Origin: Geosiphon pyriformis uo1
Taxonomy: Eukaryota; Fungi; Glomeromycota
DNA length: 64,000 bases
Reading direction: 5' to 3'
NCBI GenBank assembly: GCA_016748015.1
Contig: JAAOMT010000420.1
Location: 226,602-290,601, forward strand
The notes under the pieces were generated by a model that worked only from the letters and a program-made list of their open reading frames with translations, ran no database searches and was not told the origin of the DNA. The first letter of the stretch is position 1. Each line of letters opens with the position of its first letter. Position numbers and translations under genes: made by a program. Of this stretch, positions 1-12,893 are shown piece after piece.

Positions 1-572
1 TCTATCCAGGCCTAAAGTCACTAACAGTTTACTGAAATTGGTAGCTAATCAATTTTAAAACGTTAGTTAAATTTTTGGAGATTTTCCAAGTGCAATATTT
101 AAAGAAATTGGTTTTTTGAATTATTTGATATTTTATTTCTTTTTGTGTGTGTAAGAATGGTTCTAAGTGATAAATCTAAAGTAAGATACATTTTCTTGAA
201 GAGAGAAGCTCTTCTTTTATACAACTTGTCATAACACTATTCTATGAACTCGAACTTTGCTATTTTCTACAATTTTGTTGAACTAAAGATACATTTTGGC
301 AAACTACAAGTTATTTCTGCAAACTATTAGATATTTTGGTGAACTATCAATTATTTCAGCAAATTTTTACAAATTTTGACAAACTTTTTGAATGTTATAT
401 AGTTTGGGGTATTGTATGATTGATCATTGCAATTAGGTTATTAGTTAAATGATAATTTTGGACATTTTGCTAATGTAATAAGTGATAATTTGAAACGATA
501 ATATATGCTAATTAATAATAGGAATAAAGATAATGTTATGCTAAATAATATCTCTAATTTCGTCTGGTAACA
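1..572 (-). repeat. 3' LTR of E1 (partial)
   Basis: Matches 8823-9420; minus strand starts TGTTACCAGACG right after the PPT. Confidence 0.95.
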
Positions 573-1260
573 TAACCTCCTCTTCAAGACTGAGCTCCAT
601 CAAAATCCAAGTACTGTCTGTAATTTCCAGATAATAATCCAAAATTATTGAAGAAATTTGGTCTGAAAATTGTTGAAATTTCAGTTCTATGAGCTTTTCA
701 ATGTATTGAATCTTCAAAGGTTGTAAAATTAGGTTTTGTAGGACATTTTCACAGGTGTGGAATAGATCATAAAGTCTAAGAGCAGCTCTAAGCTTGTAGT
801 GACTGTTTGTTGGTCCAGCTGTTGTCTTGAATTTGTTGTGGAGTTGTTTCTGAATAGCTTCTTTTGTGAGATTTGCTGTTGTAAGTTCCAGTTTTCATTT
901 GTAGAGTGTTTTTCCAATGTGGAAATATCTATAGATTGGAGGGTATTCAGTGCTTTTCTTATTGAGACACAGTTGAAGTCTTTATTGAATTGTAACATTT
1001 AGTGGAATACTAATTGAAGTGAGTATTAAGTTTTCTCTTAAAGCAAGCTTTAAAAGTTCTGGCAGATGAATTCCAGAATAATTTTTTGTGTTCTTCTTAT
1101 ACGAGTGATATTTTCATGCATTTGGGGCTAAATTTGTAACTACTTCTGTTTGGGTATAATTAATGTGGTTTCCAGTAACAGTAATGGATAATTCGGGTAT
1201 TGTTTTTAAAGCTAACTTTAATTTTTGGAATAATTGTTGAATGTTTTGAGGAATAATCAT
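541..1260 (-). pseudogene. Accessory ORF3 of E1 (post-integrase, stop codon inside 3' LTR)
   Basis: 720 nt, homologous to E3 31191-31910 (MIIPQNIQQL...EEEVMLPDEIRDII*). Confidence 0.85.
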
Positions 1261-1382
1261 TATAAGAGATTTAAAAATAAAAGAAAATTATTTTTGGTGT
1301 ATGAGTTTTTATATTATTTTTGTTTTGTTTTTGTGAGATTGTTTCTAAATTATAAGGAGATAACTATAATAATAAATTTAAA

Positions 1383-2766
1383 TTAAGTGTTCAAGTTGGA
1401 GGGTTGTTCAATAACAACTATTGGTTCTAAATTTCAGAGAATATCTTTGGGATTGATTAAAAGGGAATGTGTACCAATTTGTAAAATTAATGATTCAAGA
1501 TTGTTTCTAGAATTATAGTGTTTCAAACAATCTCTATGTACAACTTTTGCTAGGATTTTGTCATCAAGTCTTAGCTTGTATAATTCATTGCCTAGAATTT
1601 CATGGATAAAAATGGTCTATCCTATTTATTTTTAAATTTTCCACTTCATTGTTTTTCAGCTTTAGTTCTGTGTAAGAGAACTTTGTTTCCAATTTAAATT
1701 TATTGGTAACTGGAGGCAATTTGTTGTCATGCTGTTCTTTTTGTTGAGCTTGGAAGTGTCTAATATGGGTGGCTGCTATTTGTTGTTTTCCTTCCAACGT
1801 GCTAAGCAGAGTGTAGGCTCTTCATTGTAGTGTTTTCTGAAAGTTGTCTTTATTAATTGGTTGTACTGAGTATGTTTCTATTGTGAAACTAATTGGTAAT
1901 ATTGTTGTCTTTCTGTAGGTTAAATCAAATAATGTGTGTTTTGTGGTATCTTGTTTTAGTGTTTTATATGCTAGTAACACTAATGGAATAAAGAGATCTC
2001 ATTCTTGCTCAAAATTGGTTGAGACTTTGGCTAATGATTTACACAATGTTTTGTTGAAACATTCTACAAGTCCATTTGTTTGTGGATGGTAGGGCGAAGA
2101 TAATGGTCTCTTAACATTAAATCATTCACAAATTTCCTGGATTAAATTGTTCACAAAATGTGTTCTTTGATCAGATAAAAGTTTTATTAGGCATTTATGT
2201 CTACAAATAATGTCTTTGTAGATGAAATTTGCTACTGATTTTGCATCTGCTCGTTGAATGGTTCTGGCTTCGGGCCATTTGGTAAGATAGTCTACAGCTA
2301 CTGCAATATAACAGTTTCTTTGGTTTGTGATAAGTAGTGGTCTGACTAAATTGATACCAACTCGGTCAAAAGACTGTGCAATTTTGATTGGATTTAAAAG
2401 TTCTGTAGGACAAGTTCCTCCTCTTCTTTAACAACTATCATAAGACTTAATGTATTCATGAATGTCTTTTCTCATTTGAAGCCAAAAATAATATTCTAGT
2501 GTTTTCTGGGTGGTGCTGTCTTTTCCTAGGTGTGCTAATAAAGGGTCTGAGTACATGTTATATAAAATGGTTTCTTTTTTATGTTCTTGTATTAATCTGA
2601 GTGGATTGTCTGGGTTTCTGAAGTTTTGATAATAAATCATGTTGTTGTGTAAGAGGTATTGTTTGGCTTGTTGTTGTAACTAATGTTTTTTATCTGGAGA
2701 CCAATCTGTTGGGATTGTTAATGTCTCCAAATATTGTTTAAGATTGTTGTAGTTTTCAGGATTCAT
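1383..2766 (-). pseudogene. Integrase ORF of E1
   Basis: Starts MNPENYNNLKQYLETL; HHCC and DDE core remnants (GINLVRP, YHPQTNGLVECFN); internal stops. Confidence 0.92.
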
Positions 2767-2812
2767 TGTTTGTTGTTTTGTTATTAATTCAAATGGGTGT
2801 TGGTTTTGTATT

Positions 2813-5800
2813 TTAATCTTGTCTTATTCTTAAGTGACAATCAACATTGGTGTGGAGTTTTCCTGGTTTGTGGTGTATAATGTATTGGTAGTTGGTTAAA
2901 AATTCTGTCCATCAGGTTTGTTTTGCATTTAGCTGAGTGTTTTTGTTCTGAAGCCATTTGAGTTCAATATTATCAGTGATAATATCGAATTTTTTGGGTC
3001 TGAGGTAAAAGTTGAAGTGATATAGGGCCCAGATTACTGCTGCAGTTTCTAATTCTGTTGTAGGGTAGTTCTTTTTGGCTGGTTTCAATGTCCTGCTAGC
3101 ATAAGCAATTACTTACTCATTTCCATTGTCATTTAACTGTGATAAGATGGCACCAAAAACAGTATAAAAGGCATCTGTTGTTAACTGGAATTGGTTGCTA
3201 AAATCTGGGTAGACAAGAATTGGAGCTGTCATTAATTTTTCTTTGAGGATTTCAAATGCGTTTTGGTGTCCAGCAGTCTATTTGTATTCGACATTTTTGG
3301 TGGTAAGCTGGTTGAGAGATTTTGCAATTTCTGAGAATCTTTTGATAAATTTCCAATAGTAGGAGGCTAACTCTATGAATCCTCTTAGTTCTGTAGTGTT
3401 TTGAAGAGTTTTGAAGTTTTTGACAATGCTGATTTTTCCAGGATCTGGTTTGATTCCATTTTTACTAACGATATAACCAAGGAAGGCCAAGCTTGTTTTT
3501 CCAAAGTAGCATTTTTTGATGTTGAGTTTCAGTTCTGCTTTTCGTAATTGTTGAAAAACTTCTCGTAGGTGTTTTAAGTGTAATTCGAACAATGGAAAAT
3601 AAACATCAGTATCGTCAAGATAAATGACTACTGACTTTTAAAGGAGTTTTTTGTACACAATATCTATTAATCTCTGAAATGTTGCTGGTGTATTGCATAA
3701 TCTGAAAGGCATTATATTGAATTCATAATTTTCTCTTTGAGTGGTGAATGTTGTTTTGGAGCAATCTTTGAGATCTATGGCAACTTGTTAGTATCTACTC
3801 TCTAAATCTAATGTCGAAAAGTATTTGGCCTTTTCAAGGGCATCCAACATATTATCAATTTGGGGAAAAGGATAGGCATCTCCAATGGTAACACCATTGA
3901 GTTGTCAATAATCAACACAAAATCGTATCTTTCCATTTTTCTTTTTAACTAGGACCACAGGTGAGGCCCATGGATTCATTGATGGCTGAATAAGCCTATT
4001 GTTAAGCATCCGTTGTATTTTATTTCAGATAAATTGGTGACTTTCTGGAGTGACTCAGTAGGCTTGTTGTCGCCTTAGTTTGGCATTTCCAGTATAAATT
4101 TGGTGTTGTACCAAATCAGTTCTTCCTAGGTTATTGTTGTTCTCAGTGAAAATATCGGCAAATTCTGCTATTAGCTCTTTAAGCTGTTTTTGCTGGTATG
4201 GTTCTAGTTGTCTCATGTTGATTCGAGATAGTTTTTCCATAACAACATGGTAGATTTTGGAGCTTGGTCTAGGACTAATTTTTGGTAAAAAGTGTTTGAT
4301 GATTTCTGAGAAATTTAAAACTATTTGGGATTGTTCTCACTGAAAAATGTTGCTGTGAATAACTCTTATTTCTAACTTGTTCAACAAAATAATGGGTTGA
4401 TGGTTGAGATTGTAAAAAGTAACTTGGACTTTCTTTGCTCCTCTTGGAACATAGATGTTTGGAATTGAAATGTTGTGTTTTAAGCAAATTTGTTCATTGG
4501 ATTTGAAGATTTGTTGGGTAGTCATAGAGTTTTCACATGTGTAAACTTTGTGATGTTCTTCAAAGGGTGGAATGGTAATTGGTTGTAGAAGTTGTAGAAG
4601 CTGGTGAAATTCTTTCTGTTCATTGAGAGCTATGTTTACTGGAACTGTGAATCATCCAGTTGAACCAAAACCTTGTGTTCCTCTTTCGCTTTTTCCCAAT
4701 TGTTCTCTTTGATTGACTAACTGTAAACCCGAAATGTTGATTAAGAGTAAATAGATAACTTGAGCAATTTTTTTGGCATGTTCAATTTTGAAAGATTTAT
4801 CAGTTTCATTTTGGAGTATTATTGTTATGTTACCAATATATCCAGCATCAATTATTTCTCCTCTGACATTAATTCCTTTACTTGCCAAAGAGGACTGGGA
4901 GACAATTTGAATCATTGCTCCTGGCAGGATTTTGAGGGCAATTTTGAGGTTGATTTTTGTGAGAGATTTGGGTTTGAGAACAAAAGTATCCTTGTTTGGA
5001 TATCTTAGGTCATATCCAGCATCAATTTCATATGCTTTTTTGGATTTTATTCCTTGTCTGTTGTTGTTGAAGTATTTGAGTTGTAAGGCAGGCTGATTTT
5101 CGATGAGATAGATGGGTGTTGCTTCAATTTCTTCTGTTGCTTCAGGTTCTCCAAATTCAATTTCGTTTTCATCATTTTCACTGGGTAGGGGAATGCTAAG
5201 AGCATAGCATTCAGGGCACTATTGCTCATCGCAAGGCATTATGCATTCTTCACACAATTTAATGTTTATTTGCTCTAGCCATTAAGCTTGAGCTTCTTTG
5301 GTTGGATAAGTGTGACTGGCAATTTGGTGATATACTTTTACTTCATTTTCATAGTTGTATCCAGCGATTTCAAAGGTGTATGCAATGTATTCTGATTCTT
5401 TCATTTGACGAACATTTTCTTGAGTGGCTCCATTGATTAAAGCTATTGCTAGATTGAAAATCATTTTGGCATCATAAGGGTAATAGTACAATTTGTTAAG
5501 AGCGCTGTTGTAAGCAGCATTGAAAGGGGTTCCTTTTGTTACTTTTTCTGAGATTAAAAGAGCATATTGGCATGTTTGATCGCAGACTCCTCCTCTGAAT
5601 GCAACATTAATCCAGTTACATTCATCAGGTAATTGTTCTCCACAAGTCAAACAGGGTGTTTCGTCCCATTTTTCACTTCTTTTAACTAGGTGTTCTCATA
5701 GTTCTCAGTGACAGGATTTGCAATAGTAACAGATATAGTTTCCATATTCTTCCTCGGGTGAAATACAAGCTCTCATTGATGAGAGTTTCTTGTGGCAATC

Positions 5801-8398
5801 TTTGTATTTGAATGGAATGTAAGGATGTTGTTTTCATGGTTCTGGTTTTAAATAGAGGACATTCCATCTGGATGTCACTGGTTCTTTTGTTTCAAGAGAA
5901 TCGTTTGTTGAAAAATACTGTTGTTCAGTTTCATCAGCCCAATTGGAGGTTGATCCAAGTGCCATAAATGTTTTAATGATGGGTTTTTCTTCTTCCAGTT
6001 CGAATTCAAAAGCTGGGGCTTTTTCAGAGCATTTGTTGAATGTACCACAAGTGGCAGGTATCTGGGCGTGTTGTTCTTGATAAGAGATTGTTAACTCTTG
6101 TGTCTCCCAATTCAAATTAGCATTGGCTTTTTGGAGCCAATTGTTTCCAATGAGAGCTTGGTATTGGAGAGCATCCATGACCAGAACTTTGACTGGAATG
6201 GTGATTCTGTTAATTGTGAATGGGAAGTTGTCAATTTCTCCTACTGGAGTCTTTTTCATGCCATCAGCAGTGACAATGATTGTCTAAGCTGGTCAGTCAA
6301 TGTTTCTTTTTAGCTGCTGCATCAATTGATATGTAATGATGCTTCTAGCAGATCCACTGTTTAGGATCAAGTGAATTGGCTTTTTTTCTGCTTCAGCTTC
6401 TGTGTATATTGCAGTGATGGCTTTTTGCTCGTTAGCTGCTGCATTGCTAAGCAAGAATGGTGATTTATTTGCTTCAAATTCAAAAGGGAATATATCTGAA
6501 AGATTGGTATTTTCAGCAATTCTGGCTGGTGGGATTGTGGTAGAAGTATAGGAAGGGTTTTGTTGTTGTGCTGCAGCTCTACCTTCTGAGAGTGCAGTAT
6601 GGCGAAAATCCTGTTCTTCTGGCATCATAAGATAACTAGGTTGAGTATAATAGTAGTTGGGTTTTGGTTGAGCTGAATTTTGGGGAACTAATTGGTTGTT
6701 CGAATTGATTCTATTGTTGTTTACTTGGTATTGGTTTTGTGGTGTGAACTGATTTTGTGGAATCAATCTTCAAGCAGGAACTTGATAATGTTGTATGAGT
6801 GGTTGTTGGTATTGCTGTTGGATTGGCTGTGGGGTGGGCTGATAATAGTTACTTTGGTATTGGGGTCTTGGTAGATAATAAGCTGGTGGTGGTGGTTGAT
6901 AATAAAATTGCTGTAATGGAGGGTAATGTTGATTACTCCTATTTTGTTGGTCTCATTGTAGCTTTCTGCAATTTTTTTTCCAGTGGCCAGGAATTCTACA
7001 GTAATGGCAATTTTGAGGCTGGTTATTAGAAAGTGGTGCAAAGTTATTTTAATTTTGTCTTTGGGGTGGTTGATATCTTTGGAGTTGTTGTTGTTGTTAT
7101 TGGTTGGTGAAGTAGTTTTCAACTTTCTTGGTTAATTGGTCAATTTTTTTTTCAGCTGCTGAGCTGGTTTCTCCAATAGCCAGGTTAACAAGTTTGGTAC
7201 AGTTGGCTTTTTCCATGGCCATTTCATAGTTTTTCGCCTGTTGAATAGCAGTGGCTAAATCTTCTGGTGCATGTGGGTGAACTTTTTTAATAAGTTTGTC
7301 TTTTAGTCCAGCAATGAATTGATCCAAGATTTGTGTATTGGAGTAGTATTTATTGGTTTTTAATTGCCGAATCCTTCTAAGCAGTTTGTTGAATTTCCCA
7401 AGATAGGTCATAACTGATTCACTTGGTTCTTGCTTGATATTTCGGAACCAATTTCAAATGGTAATGGAAGTGTTATTGTCAGTGAACTGTTCTAGAAAAG
7501 CAGTTTTGAATGCTTCTCAATATTCTGGTGGGGCTTCCAAGTTTTCAAACCATTCACCAGCTGTTCTTTATAAGAAGTATGAAATTGTTTTTAACATTCT
7601 AGCAGTGTTCCAATCATTTGCATCTCCTGCTTTTGAGACTTTGTCAAGCCATTCTTGAAGACTGGTTTCACTGTCTTCTCTTGTGAATTCAGGGATTTTT
7701 GCAATATATGTGGAGGTCATTTCTTCTTTATTTTCTGAGTCTTCTATTTCTTGTTCTGATTCAGTCTCTTCACTTCAATTTTCTGCTAAGTAGTCAATAA
7801 GGTTTGTGTTAATTAATATTGGTTTCTGTTGTTGAATAGGGCTTTTGGGTAACTGAAAATCTTCTATTCTTGAAAACTGAATAAGTGGTGAGCTTGGTGT
7901 TTACAGTTGAGCAAATGAAGCTGGAAATGGTGTGATTGAGAGTGGTAATTTAAAGCTGGCTCCTTGTTCTGGAGTTTGTAAATGTTTGGCAATAGTTTTA
8001 AGTGTATTGGGAATAGTTCTGAGTTTTTGTTTTCTTTTTCCTTTTCCTTCTTCTGTTTCCAATTCAAAACTAAGAGAAAATTTCTGTTCTACTGAATAAT
8101 TCTCTTTACAATACTGAATGATATTGAAGTTGAGTTCTTGGAAGTATGTTTCAAGTGTTTGACTGTTAAAATCCTGAGTGTTTAGACAAGAGTGATGTAC
8201 TAAGCTTTCATATAAGTTGTGTCTAACTTCTGAAATATTGTAGTCTCCAAAAAGATAATTGTTGATGTGATTTTCAATGTACTGGTAAAGTGTTTTCTTG
8301 AATGTTTCAATTCCATCTAGAATGTTAAATCTCTGTTTGCAGTGGGTGTAGATTGACTGATAATACTCTAGAGTTCTTGAATCTGTTTGAGTTGCCAC
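2813..8398 (-). pseudogene. Gag-PR-Cys-rich-dUTPase-RT-RNaseH polyprotein of E1
   Basis: Capsid, zinc knuckle, protease LILNSGS, dUTPase IIDAGYIG...RGTQGFGSTG, RT YLDD and RNase H fragments; many stops. Confidence 0.93.
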
Positions 8399-8444
8399 TT
8401 TTGAAGTTGTTGTCACTGTGTTATTTCCGTGGAAAAGTACCAAA

Positions 8445-9420
8445 TATTACTGGAGGTTTTTGGTCTCTTTTTAGCTCTTGTATGTTTGTTGTAATGCTAT
8501 TAATTCACAACTATGGGAAGTGTTTGAACCTTCGATAACTGAATTTATCCTCAAATTATCTCCTATAATTTGAATTGCTGGATTTATAGTAGAATAGCCA
8601 ATTCCATGCCAGTTACTTTATGTAGTTATGTTGTAGTAAATGTCAACTCTTTCCCAGGAATTGCTTGTCTGGAAGCTCACTAAAATGTGTAGTTACTTTG
8701 CTGTAAAAGTCAACTCTTCTACAAAAATCTTGTCTGTAGGCTACCTTAATGATTGTAATAAGAAAATACAAGAAAATAAAAGAAATGTAAAAGAAATAGA
8801 ATTCTGTCAAAGGAAACATTTTCTATCCAGGCCTGGAGTTACTAACAGTTTACTGAAATTGGTAGCTAATTAATTTCAAAACATTAGTTGGGTTTTTGGA
8901 GATTTTCCAAGTGCAATATTTAAAGAAATTGGTTTTTTGAATTATTTGATATTTTATTTCTTTTTGTGTGTGTAGAAATGGTTCTAAGTGATAAATTTAA
9001 AGTAAGATACATTTTCTCAAAAAGAGAAGCTCTTTTTTTATACAACTTGTCATAACACTATTCTATAAACTTGAACTTTGCTATTTTCTACAATTTTGCT
9101 GAACTAAAGATACATTTTGACAAACTACAAGTTATTTCTGCAAACTATTAGATATTTCAGTAAACTATTAATTATTTCGGCGAATTTCTACAAATTTTGG
9201 CGAACTTTTTGAATGTTACATAGTTTGGGGTATTGTATGATTGATCATCACAATTAGGTTACATTTGTGTTATGTACAAATTGGGTTATTAGTTAAATAA
9301 TAATTTTGGACATTTTGCTAATGTAATAAGTGATAATTTGAAATGATAATATATGCTAATTAATAATAGGAATAAAGATAATGTCATGCTTAATAATATC
9401 TCTAATTTTGTCTGATAACA
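8445..9420 (-). repeat. 5' LTR of E1
   Basis: 976 bp, homologous to LTRs of E2 and E3; termini TGTTATCAGA...CCAGTAATA (decayed from TGTTACCAGA...TCTGGTAACA). Confidence 0.95.
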
Positions 9421-10661
9421 TTGTATTAGAGTCAGCCCTTTAAACAACTTTTTGGCAGGTGTGGTTTGTATTTTTTCTGGGTGTGATTTGTCTTTGGGTG
9501 GCTTTCTGGCTGGTGTTTTTTGTCTTTGAAGTGGTACTCCTATGTCTCTAGTTCTCGGTGAGATGATTTTCTTCAAATGTGTCTCTTCTCTCAGGCATTA
9601 TGATATTGCCTTCATAGAACAGCTTTGTGACTGGAATGGCATTGTTTTTGATTGGGCAATTTTCAGGCATTGAAAAAGACTGGATTCCCCTGGCCCAGTC
9701 TTCTCCTGGTTTGATCTCTCTGTTCGTTTTATTGGTGGTATAGCTTTTCTTTCTGGTTGTTCTTCTCATGAAGGTGGTTGTGGCTCTTCTGACATTTGTT
9801 AGTCTCTTGGTTTTGGTGTTATTTGTAATGATTTGTTGAATGTTGGTGCCACCCACCTCTCTGTTTACACAGATGGATCACTAAGTAACTTGGACATTGT
9901 TGACATGTTGGCTTATGCTGCAGTTTTCTTTGAGGACATTAATTTGGGTCTGGGTGTGGGAGTTTCTGGTTTGGTTTCTTCTACTTTGATGGAGTTGCAG
10001 GCCATTGCTTTAGCTCTTGAGTGTGTTCCTTCTTTTTGTTTGGTTGACTTGTTCTTGGACAGCCGGCAGCTATAGATGCTTGCAGATTGGAGTCTTTATC
10101 AGTTGGCCCTGATTTCAGGAATTGTTGTTGGATTGAGCATCGTCACATCACCAATGTCATTTGTCGCAAAAATTTGGATGTTAATTGGATTAAGGTTGAG
10201 AGCCATTCAGGTGTTTTAGACAACAAATGTGCTGATGTGCTGGCTAAAGATGCTGCCCTTTCTGCCTGACACCTGCCCCACTTGGTCAGTGAGAGGTTTT
10301 TGAAGGCTGGTATTGATACGGTTTCTGGTAATTCAAGACATTTTGTTTGTGACGTATTCAGATCAATCTATTACACGTGTTGGAAGGTTGGTTCTGGTTC
10401 CCGGGTTGTTCTAGGTTGTTTGTGTGCTGATATTGACTGGCTGAAGTCTTTTTTGGTGTGACACCCGAATTCTCACATAGCAATTGGTTTTACTAGTATT
10501 TGGATAGCTGGCTTTCATACATATTTCATGAAAGCCCTTCATCATCATCTTTCTGTAGCTGTGCAAAAGTGTCTGTATGATAGAGGTTATCCCAATGTAG
10601 TTTGTTTGTTCTGTGGTGAGGTTGAAGTCTCAGATCATGTCTTTTCTTGCTCTTCTGACAC

Positions 10662-11734
10662 TGTTATGGGTAAACTTGGTGGGTATGGGAAATAGTAATG
10701 TTTGGTGCTCTCAATTATTGATGATGTGTTTTCTGTATAATTTTGTTGGCTATAGTCTTGATTATCAGTCTCTGAAAATCTATTCCTGGATGTGAATTTA
10801 TCTGTTGAGTTTTTTGGTTATAAGACACAGAGTTTGTCTTTTGTCAATTACAATATTTTTCGTAAATGTGAGCTTTCTTCTCCGAGTTAACGAGTGCAGT
10901 TGTTAGGGTCTGGCATTGTCTTTTTGCCCTTCTGGTAAGCTAACAAGATAATGTTAATATCCAAAACTTAAGGGGAGCTTCTCTTTTTTACCAGGCTATC
11001 ACGAAGTCTATTCTCAGACAGTTGATTTTACTATGTTGCTGCTCCACCAAAATAGACAGAAAAAGAAAAAAAAAGAAAAAAGAAAAGAAAAAGAAAGAGA
11101 GAAAAGATAAATTAGTATCGTCAATTGCCGTGATCAAGAGTGATTGGTCCAAATTGTTAATAGATTTGAGGCGGTTATGCTAAAAGCATCTGTCCTAGAA
11201 TGGAGGGACGAGACAAGAGTTAATTTATGTAAATTCCATGAAGTTCGAGAACATGAATTCATGATTCTGATTTCTTTTAATAATTGGTTTATTTCAGAAG
11301 ATGAAATAGAGAAGATAATAAAGGATGAAGGGGTATGGATATTTAATTCTTGTCTAGAGGTTTGTATCTATCTGTCTGTCTTTTCTCACTTCTACAACTA
11401 CTTGCTTTTATACATTCTTTTGGTTTTACAGGATTGCTTTCAATTGTCTTGCTATTACTAGCTATTGCTTTGTTGTTTCTGTTATTGTTTCATTTTTCTA
11501 TATTATCGCTAGTTATCCTATGTTATAACATATTATCTGATGTTATTACATGTTATTCTGTGTTATTCTGCATTATAACACATTATCCTACGTTATTGCG
11601 CACTATTCTGTGTTATAGCACATTATCCTACGTTATAATGTGTTATCCAATATTATTGCACATTATTTTGTGTTATGTTACATTTTGGTCATGTTTTTTC
11701 ATAACTTTGGATTGGTTTTTCAACTCGGGTAACA
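10662..11734. mobile_element. Solo LTR, family B (1073 bp)
   Basis: Termini TGTTA...TAACA; flanks ACAC (10658-61) / ACGC (11735-38) = 4-bp TSD with one CpG transition; removal restores the LINE frame. Confidence 0.85.
11511..11690. repeat. 10-bp-period tandem array (YRTTATNNYR, ~18 units) inside solo LTR B
   Basis: tgttataaca tattatctga tgttattaca tgttattctg tgttattctg cattataaca cattatccta cgttattgcg ... Confidence 0.9.
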
Positions 11735-11866
11735 ACGCTGATATTCGCGCTGATTTGTTGGACACTTATGCAGCTGTCTGAGAGGTGCATTCTGGTCTGT
11801 CTTGCTCTTTTTTGTGTGTATCACAGTTGTTGTTAACTTGCATTTCAGATGTAACTGTCAGTATGA

Positions 11867-12848
11867 TGTTACCAGACAAAATTAGAGATATTGTTTAGCA
11901 TGAAATTACCCTTATAAATCTTATCATTAATTAGCATATATTATCGTTTCAAATTATCACTTATTATATTAGCAAAATGTCTGAAATTATCATTTAATTA
12001 ATAACCCAATTTGTACATAACACAAATATAACCTAAGTGCAATGATCAATCATACAATACTCTGAAATATGTAACATTCAAAAGTTCACCAAAATTTGTA
12101 GAAATTTGCTGAAATAATTGATAGTTTACTGAAATATCTAATAGTTTGTAGAAATAACTTGTAGTTTGCCAAAATGTATCTTTAGTTCAGCAAAATTGTA
12201 GAAAAGAGCAAAGTTCAAGTTCATAGAATAGTATTATGACAAGTTGTATAAAAGAAAAGCTTCTCTCTTCGAGAAAATGTATCTTACTTTAGATTTATTA
12301 CTTAGAACTATTCCTACACACACAAAAAAAAATAAATACCAAATAATTTAAAAAACCAAATTCTTTAATTATTGCACTTGGAAAATCCCCAAAATCCAAC
12401 TAACGTTTTGAAATTGATTAGCTACCAATTTCAGTAAACTGTTAGTGGCTCCAGGCCTGAATAGAAAACGTTTCTCTTAACAGAATTCTATTTCTTTTAC
12501 ATTTCTTTTATTTTCTTTCTTTTATTTTCTTATTCTAATCATTAAGGTAGCCTACAGATGAGATTCTTGTAGAAGAGTTAACTTTCACAGCAAAGTAACT
12601 ACACATTTTTAGTGAGCTTCCAGACAAGCAATTCCTGGGAAAAAGTTGACATTTACTACAACATAATTACACAAAGCAACTGGCACAAAACTGGCCATTC
12701 TACTTATAAGCCCAGCAGTTCAAATTATAGGAGATAATTTGAAGATAAATTCAGTTATCGGAGGTTCAAACACTTCCCATAGTCATAAATTAACAGCATT
12801 ACAATAAACATACAAGAGCTAAGAAGAGACCAAAAACCTCCAGTAACA
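11867..12848 (+). repeat. 5' LTR of E2
   Basis: TGTTACCAGA...CCAGTAACA; direct repeat of 20755-21736. Confidence 0.96.
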
Positions 12849-12893
12849 TTTGGTGTTCTCCCACGGAAATAACACAGCAACAACAAATTCAAA

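Larger units (their letters stand above)
1..9420 (-). mobile_element. Ty3/Gypsy LTR retrotransposon, family A, copy E1 (decayed; 3' LTR cut by window edge)
   Basis: 5' LTR 8445-9420, PBS-like TTTGGTACTTTTCCACGG next to it, gag-PR-dUTPase-RT-RH then IN fragments on minus strand, PPT (GAAGAGGAGG, 576-585), 3' LTR <1-572. Colinear with E2 and E3. Confidence 0.96.

Noticed and set aside
11350-11781. 143-aa hydrophobic Cys/Tyr-rich ORF
   Set aside because: Translation of the 10-bp tandem array inside solo LTR B.
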